64,000 nucleotides of DNA, taken from NCBI GenBank assembly GCA_951406725.2, contig OX597826.1, positions 52,886,001 to 52,950,000 of the forward strand. The letters are read 5' to 3'. The stretch's first letter is position 1, and each line of letters begins with the position of its first letter. The notes beneath the pieces were generated by a model. The model was not told where the DNA came from. It ran no database searches and saw only the letters and a list, made by a program, of their open reading frames with translations. The translations under genes were made by a program, and so were the position numbers. Below are positions 27,983 through 41,003 of the stretch, one piece after another. This stretch comes from Octopus vulgaris (lineage: Eukaryota).

Positions 27983-28535
27983 GTTGCATTACGAGAGTGA
28001 CGATGTGTTAATAATGAAAATAATGTTTCTCCGAATTACTCACATGTGTATTATAATAAAGTAAGCTGCTTATCATCTATCTACTAAATAAATTGTTTTT
28101 GATTTAATTACTCTTTTTTACACCTAAAATAACCTCGGCAACTAGGTTGGGTTGCACAATTTTCAGGTAAATTTCGGAGAATATTTTGATTTGCTTCTAA
28201 TGTATCACTTTCGTCCGATGTTTCACACTTGCGTCGAATTCTACTCAGGCAAACATTTATGAAAATGGACACATAAATATTGTATTAAATTAAACCGCAA
28301 CCAAAAAAAATGCATTTAAAGACATCCATTTTTCTATATGTTATGAGGAAATACAGCCTCACGCTCTCTCTCCCTCTCTGTCTCACGCACAGAAAAGATG
28401 TATGTATATGTATTTATGGGCGAAGGTCAAGAATACGCACTCTGAGTGTTTAGGGTTACTGTTACGCCGAAAATGGGTGGAGTGCATATCCTTTACCTCC
28501 GCCAATTTATGTACGTGTATTATGTATGTGTGTGC

Positions 28536-28572
<37 letters not shown>

Positions 28573-29643
28573 TGAGTGCCACTTGCATATACATGCAAAA
28601 AATTTCATACATCACAACACACATCTTCACTCAATCACTCACTCTTTCTTTCTTTCTCTCTCTCTCTCTCTCTCTTACACACACTCACACACTTCCATTT
28701 CATATACACATACCTATTACATTTTCTCCTATATTTTACTTTCTTCTCTCCCTTCAAAGCAAATATCGCCTTTTCACTTTCTCCTCTCCTTCAATTTCTG
28801 TTTTCTTCAAAGCATACAGAAATTAAAACAATTTTACGGAAATTAACAAGCAATCATCCCATATATGTCGAGTTGATAACTTCGCTTCTTCAAATGAAAG
28901 AATGCCATAAAATAACTTCCTGTGACACACACACATGCATACATACACTCTAGGTAAAACTTCTGTGCGAATTATGTTAATTCTTGCAGTGTGCATGTGC
29001 AAATTCACAGCTCAAACCCAATTGAAAAGATCTTTTTTCATTGTGTAATTTGTATTTGTGATGTGCGTATTTAATAAACTGATCTTCGATATAAACTTAA
29101 AAGGAAGTTTTCCCAGAAATCCTGTCCTTTACCTCTTCTTTCTAGCATTCCGAGGTCACATTTCCGTCTCCCACCCACCTTATTTTTTTCCAAAGTTTCT
29201 TCCGATTCCTATGTTTGAGATACAGGAGATTATAATTTCACCTACAAAACACGTTTTCAATGTTTTTTCTCCCTCTCCACACCAAATTAATTTTTTTTAC
29301 TTTTTTCAAAATTTTATTCTTTATAATCCATGGAGAAAAAACAGAGAGTATAAATCTTTTAGAATTTTACCCATCTACACATTTCCAATGTTTCACTTTT
29401 AGCATTTTGGAAGGCAGGGAAGTTTCTTCAGAAATAATGTCGTTACTTGTTGTTTCTAGCATGTCGGGTTTTCAGATGGTGGTCTGGTACTTTTTAAGTC
29501 TACTTTTTCAGTAGAATTCTACGCATGCGGGAAACATCAGACAAAAGTGCAAGATTGGGAGATTTTAGCTTTTTGAAAGCTGGTACTGATGGGTGTGTGA
29601 GGTGGGGGAAGGGGCATTGAGTGTTTCTTTAAGAAAAATTAAA

Positions 29644-29699
<56 letters not shown>

Positions 29700-30002
29700 C
29701 CCAGATTCGTAATCTCTGTATTTATCAACGTGATTTCTGGACAAAATCGTATTAACCCACTTTTATATAATGAATCAATACATAGTTTCTGATCTTATCT
29801 TTGGAACAGAAATCACTTTCATGCAAACCCATGCAAATTGTACCCTCCCCTTTCACTATTAAACACAAAATAATTTCCATTATTCCACTAACTATATATC
29901 AGCTGTGCTGATTCTGCTCATAAGAAAGGGGTAAATAATACAATGTGCTTGTAGGTCATAACACCTGGGCAAAGCAGAAATGCATTGCTAGTGTATATAT
30001 AA

Positions 30003-30063
<61 letters not shown>

Positions 30064-30145
30064 TGTATTAGCATCATTTATCGATGTGAAATTTTTCAGA
30101 AATGATTGTTTAACTACTTATTAATTAATCATTGAAATTATTTCC

Positions 30146-30399
30146 GACTGCTCTCATGCCAGAGCACCGACATAGACAGAGAAATATAAGCTTTTACATT
30201 TCAATATTCTTATTTTGCGAAACTAAGTCTTATGTTAGGTAATTATGTCTGAAGACTCGATTGCGCTGAGACGTCTCAGCGCAATCGAGTCTTCAGACAT
30301 AATTACCTAACATAAGACTTAGTTTCGCAAAATAATAATATTTAAATGTAAAAGCTTATATTTCTCTGTCTATGTCGGTGCTCTGGCATGAGAGCAGTC
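30146..30399. repeat. 254-bp spacerless palindrome
   Basis: Centre ...GCGCTGAGAC|GTCTCAGCGC... at 30272/30273; about two mismatches between arms. Confidence 0.95.
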
Positions 30400-31721
30400 A
30401 AATGACTGGAAAAAACAAAAGGATAAAAGAGTATCTATCTATATATCTTTATCTTTATCTTTTTATCTTTTACTTGTTTCAGTCATTAGACTGCGGCCAT
30501 ATCTACATATCTTTTATTCTTCCTCCCAACTTAGTTTTCCTTCACATTCTCAATATTCTTTCTCTCTTTACACAAATACACGCTCCAACACACACACAAA
30601 CACACACACACACACACACACATTTACTCATACGCAAACACTTGTTCTTAAATCATTGGTCAGACTTAACAATACTTTAGCTCTTCCATTTGTCAGATAA
30701 ATACTAAAACTTAAGTGAGATCTAACAGAACCAAAGGTCCTACACCATTCCAATCTTCCTAAACCCCATAAAATGTGAACCAACGAGGAGGCAATTATGT
30801 GGTCGTTTGACCTGCTAAAATGTCAGCCAAACTCGCATCAACATAATCGCGACAGTTTGAAAATATATAGAGCATAATTGATAATGTAATCATAGATGCA
30901 CTACACCTGTAAAAAAGGATAAATCAGAAATTTGTTTAGCTAACCAAGTGTAAAATCCTATTAACATTGAGAAAGTCATTTTACACCATTCTGGAGCCTG
31001 TTGTTCCATTGGTGCTTTATAGTCTCCTCTTCAATATTTACCGCATTCTTGCTGAAGTCTGGTATTTATTCTATTGGTCTCTTTTTTACGGGATCGCTAA
31101 ATCACGGTGAATTAAACAAACCGACACCTATTGACAGAAGTGCTGTGGTGAAACACAAGCACAAAACACATGCATACGCACATGCATACGCACATGCACA
31201 CGCGCGCGCACGCACACACACACACACACACACATACACACACGCACACACACACACATATATAGAATGTAGATTTTTTCATTCGCAAAATATGCATTTT
31301 TAAAAGGAAGTTTAAAAAATCTGAAAATCGGCTATAATAATGTAGCCTTCCAATCTCATTACTATGAGGGTATGATGTTGTGGAGAAAAAAAAAATGGAG
31401 GAAAAAGTTACAGAGATTTAAAAATTTGAGAAATTGTGTATTTGTATCCAATAGCGAGACAGAAATTTTCTGTGCTTAGCGTAGTGGTATCAACTTTAAT
31501 GTTGTACCCAGTGAAATTTATAGTTTAGCATCTGTGACATCACCTGTTCATTGTAGGTTTCTAAATAAACAGAAATACCTAATAAAATCAACATGCATCA
31601 TCTTACTGTTTCTTTTGTATTTTTATTGATTGTATGTTTTTATTATTTTTTAAAATTTGTTATATTAATATATTTGCATGTGTTTACTTAATGTGTATTT
31701 CAGTTTTATGTATACTTGTCA

Positions 31722-31970
31722 TGTATTTGTGTGCATCCTTAATATATAAGTGCATATGGATATATGTATTCATATCTAAATTTATATGTACATTTAAGCA
31801 TTCATGTATTTGTGTGCATCCTTAATATATAAGTGCATGTGGATATATGTATTCATATCTAAATTTATATGTACATTTAAGCATTCATGTATTTGTGTGC
31901 ATCATTAATATATAAGTGCATGTGGATATATGTATTCATATCTAAATTTATATGTACATTTAAGCATTCA
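31722..31970. repeat. 83-bp minisatellite x3
   Basis: TGTATTTGTGTGCATC.TTAATATATAAGTGCAT...TTTAAGCATTCA starting at 31722, 31805 and 31888. Confidence 0.95.
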
Positions 31971-32435
31971 TGTGTGTGTGTGTGCATGTGTGTGTGTCTG
32001 TCTCCAAAACTTCAAAACTGTGTAACGTTTTCATGCTTAGGTTTGTAAACTACGATAAGAATAACACTGGTCAACAAAAGCACAGAAAAATAAGTAATAT
32101 TCTAACACACAGAAAAATTAAAACAAAAACACGCGGGTGAAAAGAATCTCGTGGTATAAAGAATCAAGTGTAAAAAAACAACATAGACCAACGTATGGCA
32201 CAGACAACAGTGGTTGTCATGATAAGCAGCTACTAATGCCACGCTGTGTGTTGATTGACTAAAATTACCCGAATTTCCCAACTTTAATTCTAAATAACTT
32301 CAGATTCTTTCATTTACGAGATACAGTAATTGGTTGATCGTAATCAAAATTCAGAGTTGCATCGATATACCAAAATTGAAAACAATCTAAGCAAAGTCAA
32401 AGGGAGTTTATTTTGCGAATGACAAAGACTAGATC

Positions 32436-32481
<46 letters not shown>

Positions 32482-33697
32482 TACGCACGCGGCTAAGGCG
32501 GTGGTCAACGGCTAATCGGGTCGTTGTCGTCAGCGGTATCGAGCACGAGTGCGTGTGCCGGTCGGCGCACGAACGCGACGATCTCTGCCCAGTGCTGCGA
32601 AGTGAAGACACGTTGGACAAAGCGCGGGCAAACGGTAGTAGTAACTCGGACTCTCTCTGAGAAGTATTAAGTAAACTTGGAAGCAAGCGATTAGCAGTAG
32701 CGTTGTTCGTTTTTTCTGTCATCCCTTCTCTAATTCTTTTTTCTCCCCTTCACCGCTTTCTATGTCTCTCTCTCTCTCTCTCTCTCGTTGCTCACACGTG
32801 AACTTTGTCCATCTTTCCCTTCCACACGTGATCATCTTTCTTTTTTTTTCAGTCTGTCGCGCAGTCCAGACGCATTCTTATCTATTTCCTCTCCTATCTT
32901 TTCTCAAACAATCTTCTACCAGCGTTCGCTAGCTTACCTCATCTTGGCCTAACGGCCCTCCCTATCTGTCTTCATTTCGGTTGGATTGTTGTATGTCCTG
33001 TTTTTGTTACCAACTTTGACCCTCCTCAAATCCCAAATTGTATTTTGGTTCGCGAGAACAACTGCCTTTGAAGTCTTATATTGTCGTTCATTGCTCGAAA
33101 TAAGGAGTAGAAGGACAGCCGACAACTGATGAAGGGTCGTTTTTTATGATACCTTGTTTCACATTTGTTTCTCTCGTTCTTTGCGTACCCAACTTTATTT
33201 TCGTATTTCATGTTGTTTACGTTTTATGACGTCCTGTACCCATATATGCGTACCTATATAAATATATATGTATGTATGTACATATATGTATGTATATATT
33301 TATATATCTATATATTATTTATATTATATATATGGAAATTAACAGTTATTGCCAAGCTAATATGGCAGTCCATAAATATAAGACTTAAGCTGCCGTTGAT
33401 TAGCTCCAAGAGGCCATCGCCTCTAGCTAGCTATAAGACACACGAACCTGTGTCCATTATAACCTTCGAATGTCTGTGTGTATATACATATATGTATATA
33501 TATATACATATACATATATATATACATGCACATATATACATATATATATATATATATATAAGAGTGTATAAAATATTTTTATACACAGGGAGTAGGCCAT
33601 TGATAATGTTCCTTAAAACTATGTTATGTCTTATGACTTTTATTTATGCTTGCTAACCACTGGTAATAAATTATTTTAATTTATTTCCCTCATATTT

Positions 33698-33745
<48 letters not shown>

Positions 33746-33887
33746 CATACACACACACCTATATATACATACATATGCAAATATATAATAGAAATATTCA
33801 AATTTCTAAGTCTCTCTAAAAGACTCTCTATAACCATTATAACTTTCGAACAGTGGAGGTCAGCCGATTCTCCTTGCTGGTCAGACA

Positions 33888-33930
33888 TCTGCAGACATGT
33901 TTCAGGGTATTTGCCCTTTATCAATGCAGA
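33888..33930 (-). ncRNA. minimal type-I hammerhead ribozyme candidate, U3-A8 variant, GUC cleavage triplet
   Basis: Minus strand TCTGCA-TTGATAA-AGGG caaata CCCT-GAAA-CATG-TC-TGCAGA; all helices Watson-Crick; palindromic loop III. Confidence 0.75.
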
Positions 33931-33979
33931 TTAGCCTTCGAACAGACAGTCGGCCGCGACGCCTGCTGTGTCTGGCTAC

Positions 33980-34022
33980 TCTCCATTGATAAATGGCAAA
34001 TACCCTGAAACATGTCTGCAGA
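33980..34022 (+). ncRNA. second copy of the U3-A8 hammerhead, one mismatch each in stems I and II
   Basis: TCTCCA-TTGATAA-ATGG caaata CCCT-GAAA-CATG-TC-TGCAGA. Confidence 0.55.
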
Positions 34023-34163
34023 TGTCTGACCAGCAAGGAGAAGCGGCTGACCTCCCTGTTCGAAAGTTATAATGGTTATAGAGAGTCTTTTAGAGAGACT
34101 TAGAAATTTTAATATTTCTATTATATATATGCATATGTATGTATATATAGGTGTGTGTGTATG

Positions 34164-34232
<69 letters not shown>

Positions 34233-34657
34233 TCGCAAATATGAGGGAAATAAATTAAAATAATTTATTACCAGTGGTTAGCAAGCATAAATAAAAGTCA
34301 TAAGACATAACATAGTTTTAAGGAACATTGTCAATGGCCTACTCCCTGTGTATAAAAATATTTTATACACTCTTATATATATATATATGTATATATGTGC
34401 ATGTATATATATATGTATATGTATATATATACATATATGTATATACACACAGACATTCACATACACGCATGCACACATTTAGAAAACACGCACACACGCA
34501 CACATAGATACATAGTAACACGCACACATGCGCGCATATACACTATCCATACATACGCATATATACACGTTGTAGTTCATATACAGACACAAGCATGAAC
34601 GTACGACTGACGTAAATACATGCACACATGCGCACACTTGTGGGTACACACACATAA

Positions 34658-34706
<49 letters not shown>

Positions 34707-34934
34707 CAAACATACACATAGACATATACACACAGACATATATGCATACATACATACATATGAATACTTATACTCATATGTGCGCGTTTGCATATGCTCC
34801 CAAACATATATATCTACATATACACAATTATACATAGATACATACATACACATATTCACACTCAAATACACATATATGATATCTATGCGGTTGTAATATT
34901 ATTTGTGTGTTAGTAAAGGGAGGGTTGGAAAGCA

Positions 34935-35160
34935 GTGATCTGGCAGAATCGTTAACACGGCAGGCGATATGCTTATTAGTACTTCGTCGCTCTTTACTTT
35001 CTGAGTTCAAATTCCGCCTAGGTCGACTTTGCATTTCATCCTTTCGGGTTCGATAAATTAAGTTCCATTTGCGTACTGGGCGCAAAATTTCGGGCCTTGT
35101 GCCTAGAGTAGAAAAGAGTATTGGGGGATTGGGGAAGGGTAGAGGGAGATAGGTTACTGA

Positions 35161-35204
<44 letters not shown>

Positions 35205-35380
35205 GTTGGCGAACTGGCAGAACCGTTAGCGCACCGGGCGAAATGAGTAGCGGTATTTCGTCTGCCGCTACGTTCTGAGTTCAAATTCCACTGAGGTCGA
35301 CTTTGACTTTCATCTTTTCGGGATCGATAAATTAAGTACCAGTTGAGTACTAGCATCGCTATAATCGACTATCCCCCTCC
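34935..35380 (+). mobile_element. two SINE family A copies separated by (ATT)n
   Basis: CTGGCAGAA.CGTTA...GAGTTCAAATTCC...GTCGACTTTG at ~34940 and ~35215. Confidence 0.85.
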
Positions 35381-35424
35381 TCTAAATTACAGGCCTGAAA
35401 TTTGTAGGAGGGGAATAGTCGGTT

Positions 35425-36968
35425 TTCTCCGGGCGGTTTTCTGATAGCCACTTGATAATATTTTCACATTTGATTCCCAATTCTAATAATTTTTATAATA
35501 TTTTACGTCTAATTATTTCTTTGTATGATACTGTGCATTTGCTTAGTAAATATTGCTTTCATTATTTTATCACAGTCATAATCACTCTCTTTTAAATAAA
35601 CATAACGGTAGTTCAACTACAGAGGGAGAAGTAATTTGTCAAGTTTTACTTTCCTCTCAAAGCAAAATAGAGATTACAATTCAGCAGCTCATTTGTAAGC
35701 TTTGCAGTGTGAGTATGTGAGTGTGCGTGTGTATGTGTGAGTCTGTGTGTGTGTCTGTGTGTGTGTCTGTGTGTGTGAGAGAGTGAGAGAGAGAAAGAAC
35801 ATTGCAAACAATGAATGAAACACACGTGAAATGAAAAAATCGTATAAATGAAAGAGTTTTCCTACAGATGTATATCATTCCGACTTTGTTGCCTCATAAC
35901 ATCCAGGAAAATGGATTCTTTTTAAACAAAAGTTTCTACAAATACCGCTTAGATGTTGTGGCTTCAGTGTATATAAGGAGTTATAAGAAAGAACATCTCT
36001 AGCGGAAGTGGAGAGAGGAATTTTGGAATATTCACATGATTTGAATTTTTTTCCGCATACTTTCACAAAAATGGGTATCTTTTAATGAAACTTTACACAA
36101 ATCCCTTTCAAACGGTATAGAGTACGATTTTAAAGAAATTTAAAGGGTAACTTTTTCGGGGATTTTCCCCATTTTTTCAAACCACAGCCTTCGAAATGAT
36201 GGTGTTGGTGCGGGGAGGAAACCTTCGTATGAAAAAAAAATCTTGAGAACATTTTTTACACCCTCTCATCATCCCACTCCGGATCTATTTTTGTTGATAT
36301 TTTTTCTTCACTTCAAAACCATTAGAAGAACATTTTTGGGAAAAAAATTTTAACTTGTTAATATTTTCAGAGGGAAAGTGAATGACTTAAGGACAATGTG
36401 GATGTTGTTTCTAGCACATCTAAAGACAACGCTCTTCGTTTCTTTATCACTCTCGCATGTATTGATGTTTCCCAAGATTTTTTTCTCCATAAATACATTT
36501 ATGTGCTATAAAAAAGAAAATTTGAGAAAATATGAATTTTTTGCAACCCCACTCTCTGCCCGGATTGTTTCTGTTTAGAAATTAAAATATTGGAGAGCCT
36601 GAGAAGATCATTGCTGGCATTTATCCACAGTGATTTTAAAAAATTACGGAGATGTACTTGCATAGCAAGCGACTTGATCTGAAATCGTGTACTGAAACAA
36701 ATCAATTGCAGCGTGGAATATGTTTGTAAGCTATTCAAGAACACAGAAAAACAATTTGTTTCATTTCAACATTTAAATTTTCGTCGCTTTGAAACTGCGA
36801 CCTGTTCGCAGGAAAAACTTCACAAAAGTGATGCAGCGCGAAGTTTTGTCAGTGAACAGGTCGTGGTTTCAAAGCGACGGGCGTGGTAAAAGATTAGAAT
36901 ACAATTTATTTTGCTCTTCTTCCACCAATGGAACACGCGTGTGTTATTTCGGTATCATCATTCCATTT
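35425..36968 (-). mobile_element. second, inverted, diverged copy of the 23.6-25.0 kb Helitron
   Basis: Block-by-block reverse-complement similarity, e.g. CGACTTTGTTGCCTCATAACATCCAG vs CTGGATGTTATGAGGCAACAAAGTCG. Confidence 0.8.
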
Positions 36969-37207
36969 TAATTTTGTTTTCGTAATGTTCCAGTTGATTT
37001 AGTGTTTGGAGTGTTCTTGACGTTTATTGCCCGTTTTGTTGTTTATTCCACCCCCTTTTTTGTTTGGTACCTATTACAACTGCCGAGGTCGCTATTTTTG
37101 TTGTTATGATCCCTATTGTTTTTATTTTTGTTATTGTTCCTATACCCTGAGTTGTTTTGTTCTGTTTATTCCGTGCTTGTGCTCGTTGCACTATTGTATT
37201 TGTGTAT

Positions 37208-37883
37208 GTGGTACTCCATGTTGTTGGATGTGGCGTACGATACTTCCACTGTGTGCTTCCTGAAGATACGATGATATTTATGGAAGCACCTATTTTAATG
37301 CAGCAAGCAATTCCTTACCCATTTTCGATGATATTTGCAATCCGAAAATTGGGTTGTACCATAAAACCTCGGAATTTTTGTACTTTTTGTTTGGTTCTTT
37401 TAACATTTTATGTGTTGTTATTTTATGCGTCATTGTTGCTATTATTGTTATTCTTTTTGGTTTGGGTTTTTTCCCTACTTTTCCCTTCTCTCTTGGGTTT
37501 GTGTATCTCTATTATGTGTTTGTTATTGCTTTTCATATTACGTGGTACTCCATGTTCTTGGATGTGGCGTACGATACTTCCACTGTGTGCTTCCTGAAGA
37601 TACGATGATATTTATGGAAGCACCTATTTTAATGCAGCAAGCAATTCCTTACCCATTTTCGATGATATTTGCAATCCGAAAATTGGATTGTACCATAAAA
37701 CCTCGGAATTTTTGTACTTTTTGTTTGGTTCTTTTAACATATTTTATGTGTTGTTGTTATTTTATGCGTCATTGTTGCTATTATTGTTATTCTTTTTGGT
37801 TTTGGTTTTTTCCCTACTTTTCCCTTCTCTCTTGGGTTTGTGTATCTCTATTATGGGTTTGTTATTGCTTTTCATATTACGTG
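37208..37883. repeat. 334-bp tandem duplication
   Basis: GTGGTACTCCATGTT.TTGGATGTGGCGTACG at 37208 and 37542; copies nearly identical. Confidence 0.95.
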
Positions 37884-38356
37884 TATTTTCTACTTTAGGT
37901 GTGTGAGTATTACTTTTATTTAGCGGTTCGCCAGGTGTTAATTTGATTCTTTTCCTTATGCCCAAACCTATCTAGTGCTTCATTGTAGCAAGGGGCATGT
38001 ATGGTTATAGATAAGCCGAATTTTTTTAATAATCTGTGTAGTTTTTTTAATTTTATAACTCTCTATTTCTCTATTTCTACCTTAGTACAATTATCTATTA
38101 TGAATAAGGCATCATATAGACGCCCCCCCCCCACACACACACACACTCACACACTATTTGTTGGAATGAGGATTTGATGTGGAATAAGTTGTAAATTCCT
38201 ACGATATCCGTGACCTGAGCTCTAACCTATTGGTATAGCGAAGGAATTCGTTATATCTGATCCCGTCCATAGTTTGTTGTCGTAATTAATAACAACTTCT
38301 GGAAACTCCTAGTTGAACGAATCTTTTATCTACCCTAATTATTTTGCATATACAAT

Positions 38357-38900
38357 ACGTTGGTGCTGAAAAGTTCCTATAAAAACATACAAGAGGATCA
38401 GTTACTTATGATTTTATTCAACACATTCTCCTCTCAGATTTACACACCTATTGCAGCAGTCCTTAAGTTTTGTAAGCACTGTAAAAGAACTCGGCAAGTT
38501 GAACCTCCAACCAGGCCTTTCGCGATACCCTTAGCGCCAGCAAATTTTCAACAGCCTCTCGTGTTAGAAGCTTTGTTATATAGAGGGTACTTACCAGAAA
38601 CAGGTCACTAAAGGGAAATTTCAACCTTACCTTCTGTCTGAGATATGTCTCAGGAGGGTTAATGTCTGCAAATATTCTTCTTATAAGAAGTCTCTATATA
38701 CTGTTGTCATTTGACCGTTTGTCAAAAATGATAAATCACAGAAACTGTTCAGAGATTTGAACCGTGTGAAAAACAGCTGTCAAGTTAGCATCATTAGGCT
38801 TGATGAAATGAGTGAAATTTGTTTTTTGTACGCACCTGACGCATGTGTCACGCTTAAGAGAAAAAATTGTTGAAAGAAATTTTGTTGCTTACATAAAATT
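38357..38900. mobile_element. decayed mariner-family remnant
   Basis: Left part homologous to the MITE at 20558 (GGTGCTGAAAAGTTCC...CCTCTCAGATT...TTGCAGC.GTCCTT). Confidence 0.55.
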
Positions 38901-39224
38901 TTTTAGCTTTATCTCTTGTAATTTCTGACTGAGATTTGAAACCACTATTTATGAGTTGTATTACTACTTCTTAACATCCTTGCCTACTTGGCCACCGAAG
39001 GAACAACGATCTTAAAGAGAAAATTTGACGCTCGTGTCGAACAAGGGAGAGAGGATGTGAGAGAGAAAAAGAGAGTGAGATGGAGTGGCTGATAGGTATT
39101 TGAATGCCTTTCTACGATTGAACTAAAATTGACCCCTGGCTATTAAAAGCCTAACATACACACATACATACACCACTACCACCACTACTACTACCACCAC
39201 CACCACCACCACCACCACCACCAC

Positions 39225-39400
39225 CATTGCTTGACAACCGATGGTGGTGTGTTTGCGTCCATTAACTTAGTTGTTTAGCTGAAGAGACTGATAGAATAAG
39301 CACCAGGCTTACGGGGAATATGTCCAGGGGTCAATTTCTTCGACTAAAGGATGGTGCTCTAACATGGCCATTAATCAAATGACTGAAACAAATAAAAGAA
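39225..39400 (+). mobile_element. SINE family B 3' half
   Basis: GCTTGACAACCGATGGTGGTGTGTTT...AAATGACTGAAACAAATAAAAG. Confidence 0.8.
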
Positions 39401-39570
39401 TACGAGAAAAACGTTTCCTACTCCTAAACCAGGAGGGTTCTCTGAATATGTAGGATGTATTTTAAGGCAAAGCAGTTCTGTTTACGATTGTTAACGGATA
39501 TTTTAGGTGGATTACATAATTATTGGTTTTACACTTTCTATATTCTGTAACTGTCGCAACATACTTTTCT

Positions 39571-39985
39571 GGCGGCGAGCTGGCAGAATCGTTAGCACGC
39601 CAGGCGAAATGCTCAGCAGTATTTCGTCTGCCGTTACGTTCTGAGTTCAAATTCCATCGATTACATAAGTACCAGTTACGCACTGGGATCGGTGTAATCG
39701 ACTTAATCCCTTTGTCCTTGTTTGTCCCCTCTATGTTTAGCCTCCTGTGGGCAATAAAGAAATAGGTATACTTTTCTAATATAGGCACAAGTTCTGAAAT
39801 TTTGAGGGGATGAAGCCAGTCGATTAGATCGATCCCAGTATGCAACTGGTACTTAATTTATCGACCCCGATATGATGAAAGGCAAAGTCAACCTCGGCAG
39901 AATTTGAACTCAGAACGTAAAGACAGATGAAATGCCGCTAAGCATTTTGCCTGGCGTGCTATCGATTCTGCCAGCTCGCCGCCTT
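39571..39985. mobile_element. two SINE family A units in opposite orientation
   Basis: Plus-strand unit 39571-~39768 and minus-strand unit ~39770-39985; GGCGGCGAGCTGGCAGAATCG at both outer ends. Confidence 0.85.
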
Positions 39986-40057
39986 AAACTGTCACAATAT
40001 AGAAACATTTCTCATGGCACCAGCACATAGTTTACAGATACTTACGTTTTTTATATT

Positions 40058-40700
40058 TTCCGTGAATTTTTCACGGGTCCAGCTAGTCTATATATTAATA
40101 CGCTAAGTCCGAATGCGTTATGCTGTCACGTGATTAGTTGAAGGGAGAAGAGAAGTGCGAGGAAAAAGTATTAACGACGTGCGGTAGGGGTAAGTAATAG
40201 TTACTACGTGGTTAAAAGTTTTTTGAAGAGAAAGATATATAGAAAGAGTTAAAAATACAATGTGTAGCAAGAAGTGATGTTCTGGTGGCGAGATTAAAGA
40301 TAGGAAGATAGACAGAGAGGGAGGCAGTTATATTACGATTGAGAAGTAGATAAGGCGAAAGACAGCGAGCCAGACGATGCATTGCCTTGGCAGGTGGTTA
40401 GTGGAAGTGAGAAGTGAAAAGAAAGAGAAAACTAATAAGGACGTGGTAATGATGATGATGGAGGTGAAGGTGGTGGTGGTGAGTTGATAGTGAAGTATGT
40501 ACTTTTTAACTATTGAACTAATTTTTTAATATCGCCTATCACTTAGCGCATGCGCATAAGTGCAACTATTTATTGTTCACTTGCTTAAACATTTATATTT
40601 GTTTATAAAATATGGATGGCAGATGATGTAAGCCAACAAGAGACAGAATGAGACGGTACAGACAACGACGTAAAGAGAAGCCGATAGAATGAAAATATAA
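40058..40700 (+). mobile_element. tandem Helitron junction and 5' fragment
   Basis: Hairpin CCGTGAATTTTTCACGG, then GTCCAGCTAG joined directly to TCTATATATTAAT; later an R-rich start (RDRMRRYRQRRKE). Confidence 0.6.
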
Positions 40701-40940
40701 TGCTTCCTCAATTACAGCCTTATCACCACCACCACCACCACCGCCACCGCCATCTTCATCATCATAATTAATAACTTAGGATTTGCACACGCTTTATGCA
40801 GTCTTCCGATCTGCTAAATATGGCAGCCAGAAATGCCGTTTTACTCAGTGAAAGATACTAATGCATATATAGATACATGCATACATATACCTGCATATAT
40901 GTGTGTGTATGTGTGTGTTTAAGTGTGAGTGTGTGTGTGT

Positions 40941-41003
<63 letters not shown>

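Larger units (their letters stand above)
33468..34458. mobile_element. foldback repeat with ~460-bp inverted arms and hammerheads at the inner ends
   Basis: 33468-33930 is the near-perfect reverse complement of 33980-34458; ~50-bp GC-rich spacer. Confidence 0.9.

Noticed and set aside
37157-37906. Hydrophobic ORFs resembling membrane proteins
   Set aside because: Result of T-rich strand bias in a tandem duplication; open in several frames
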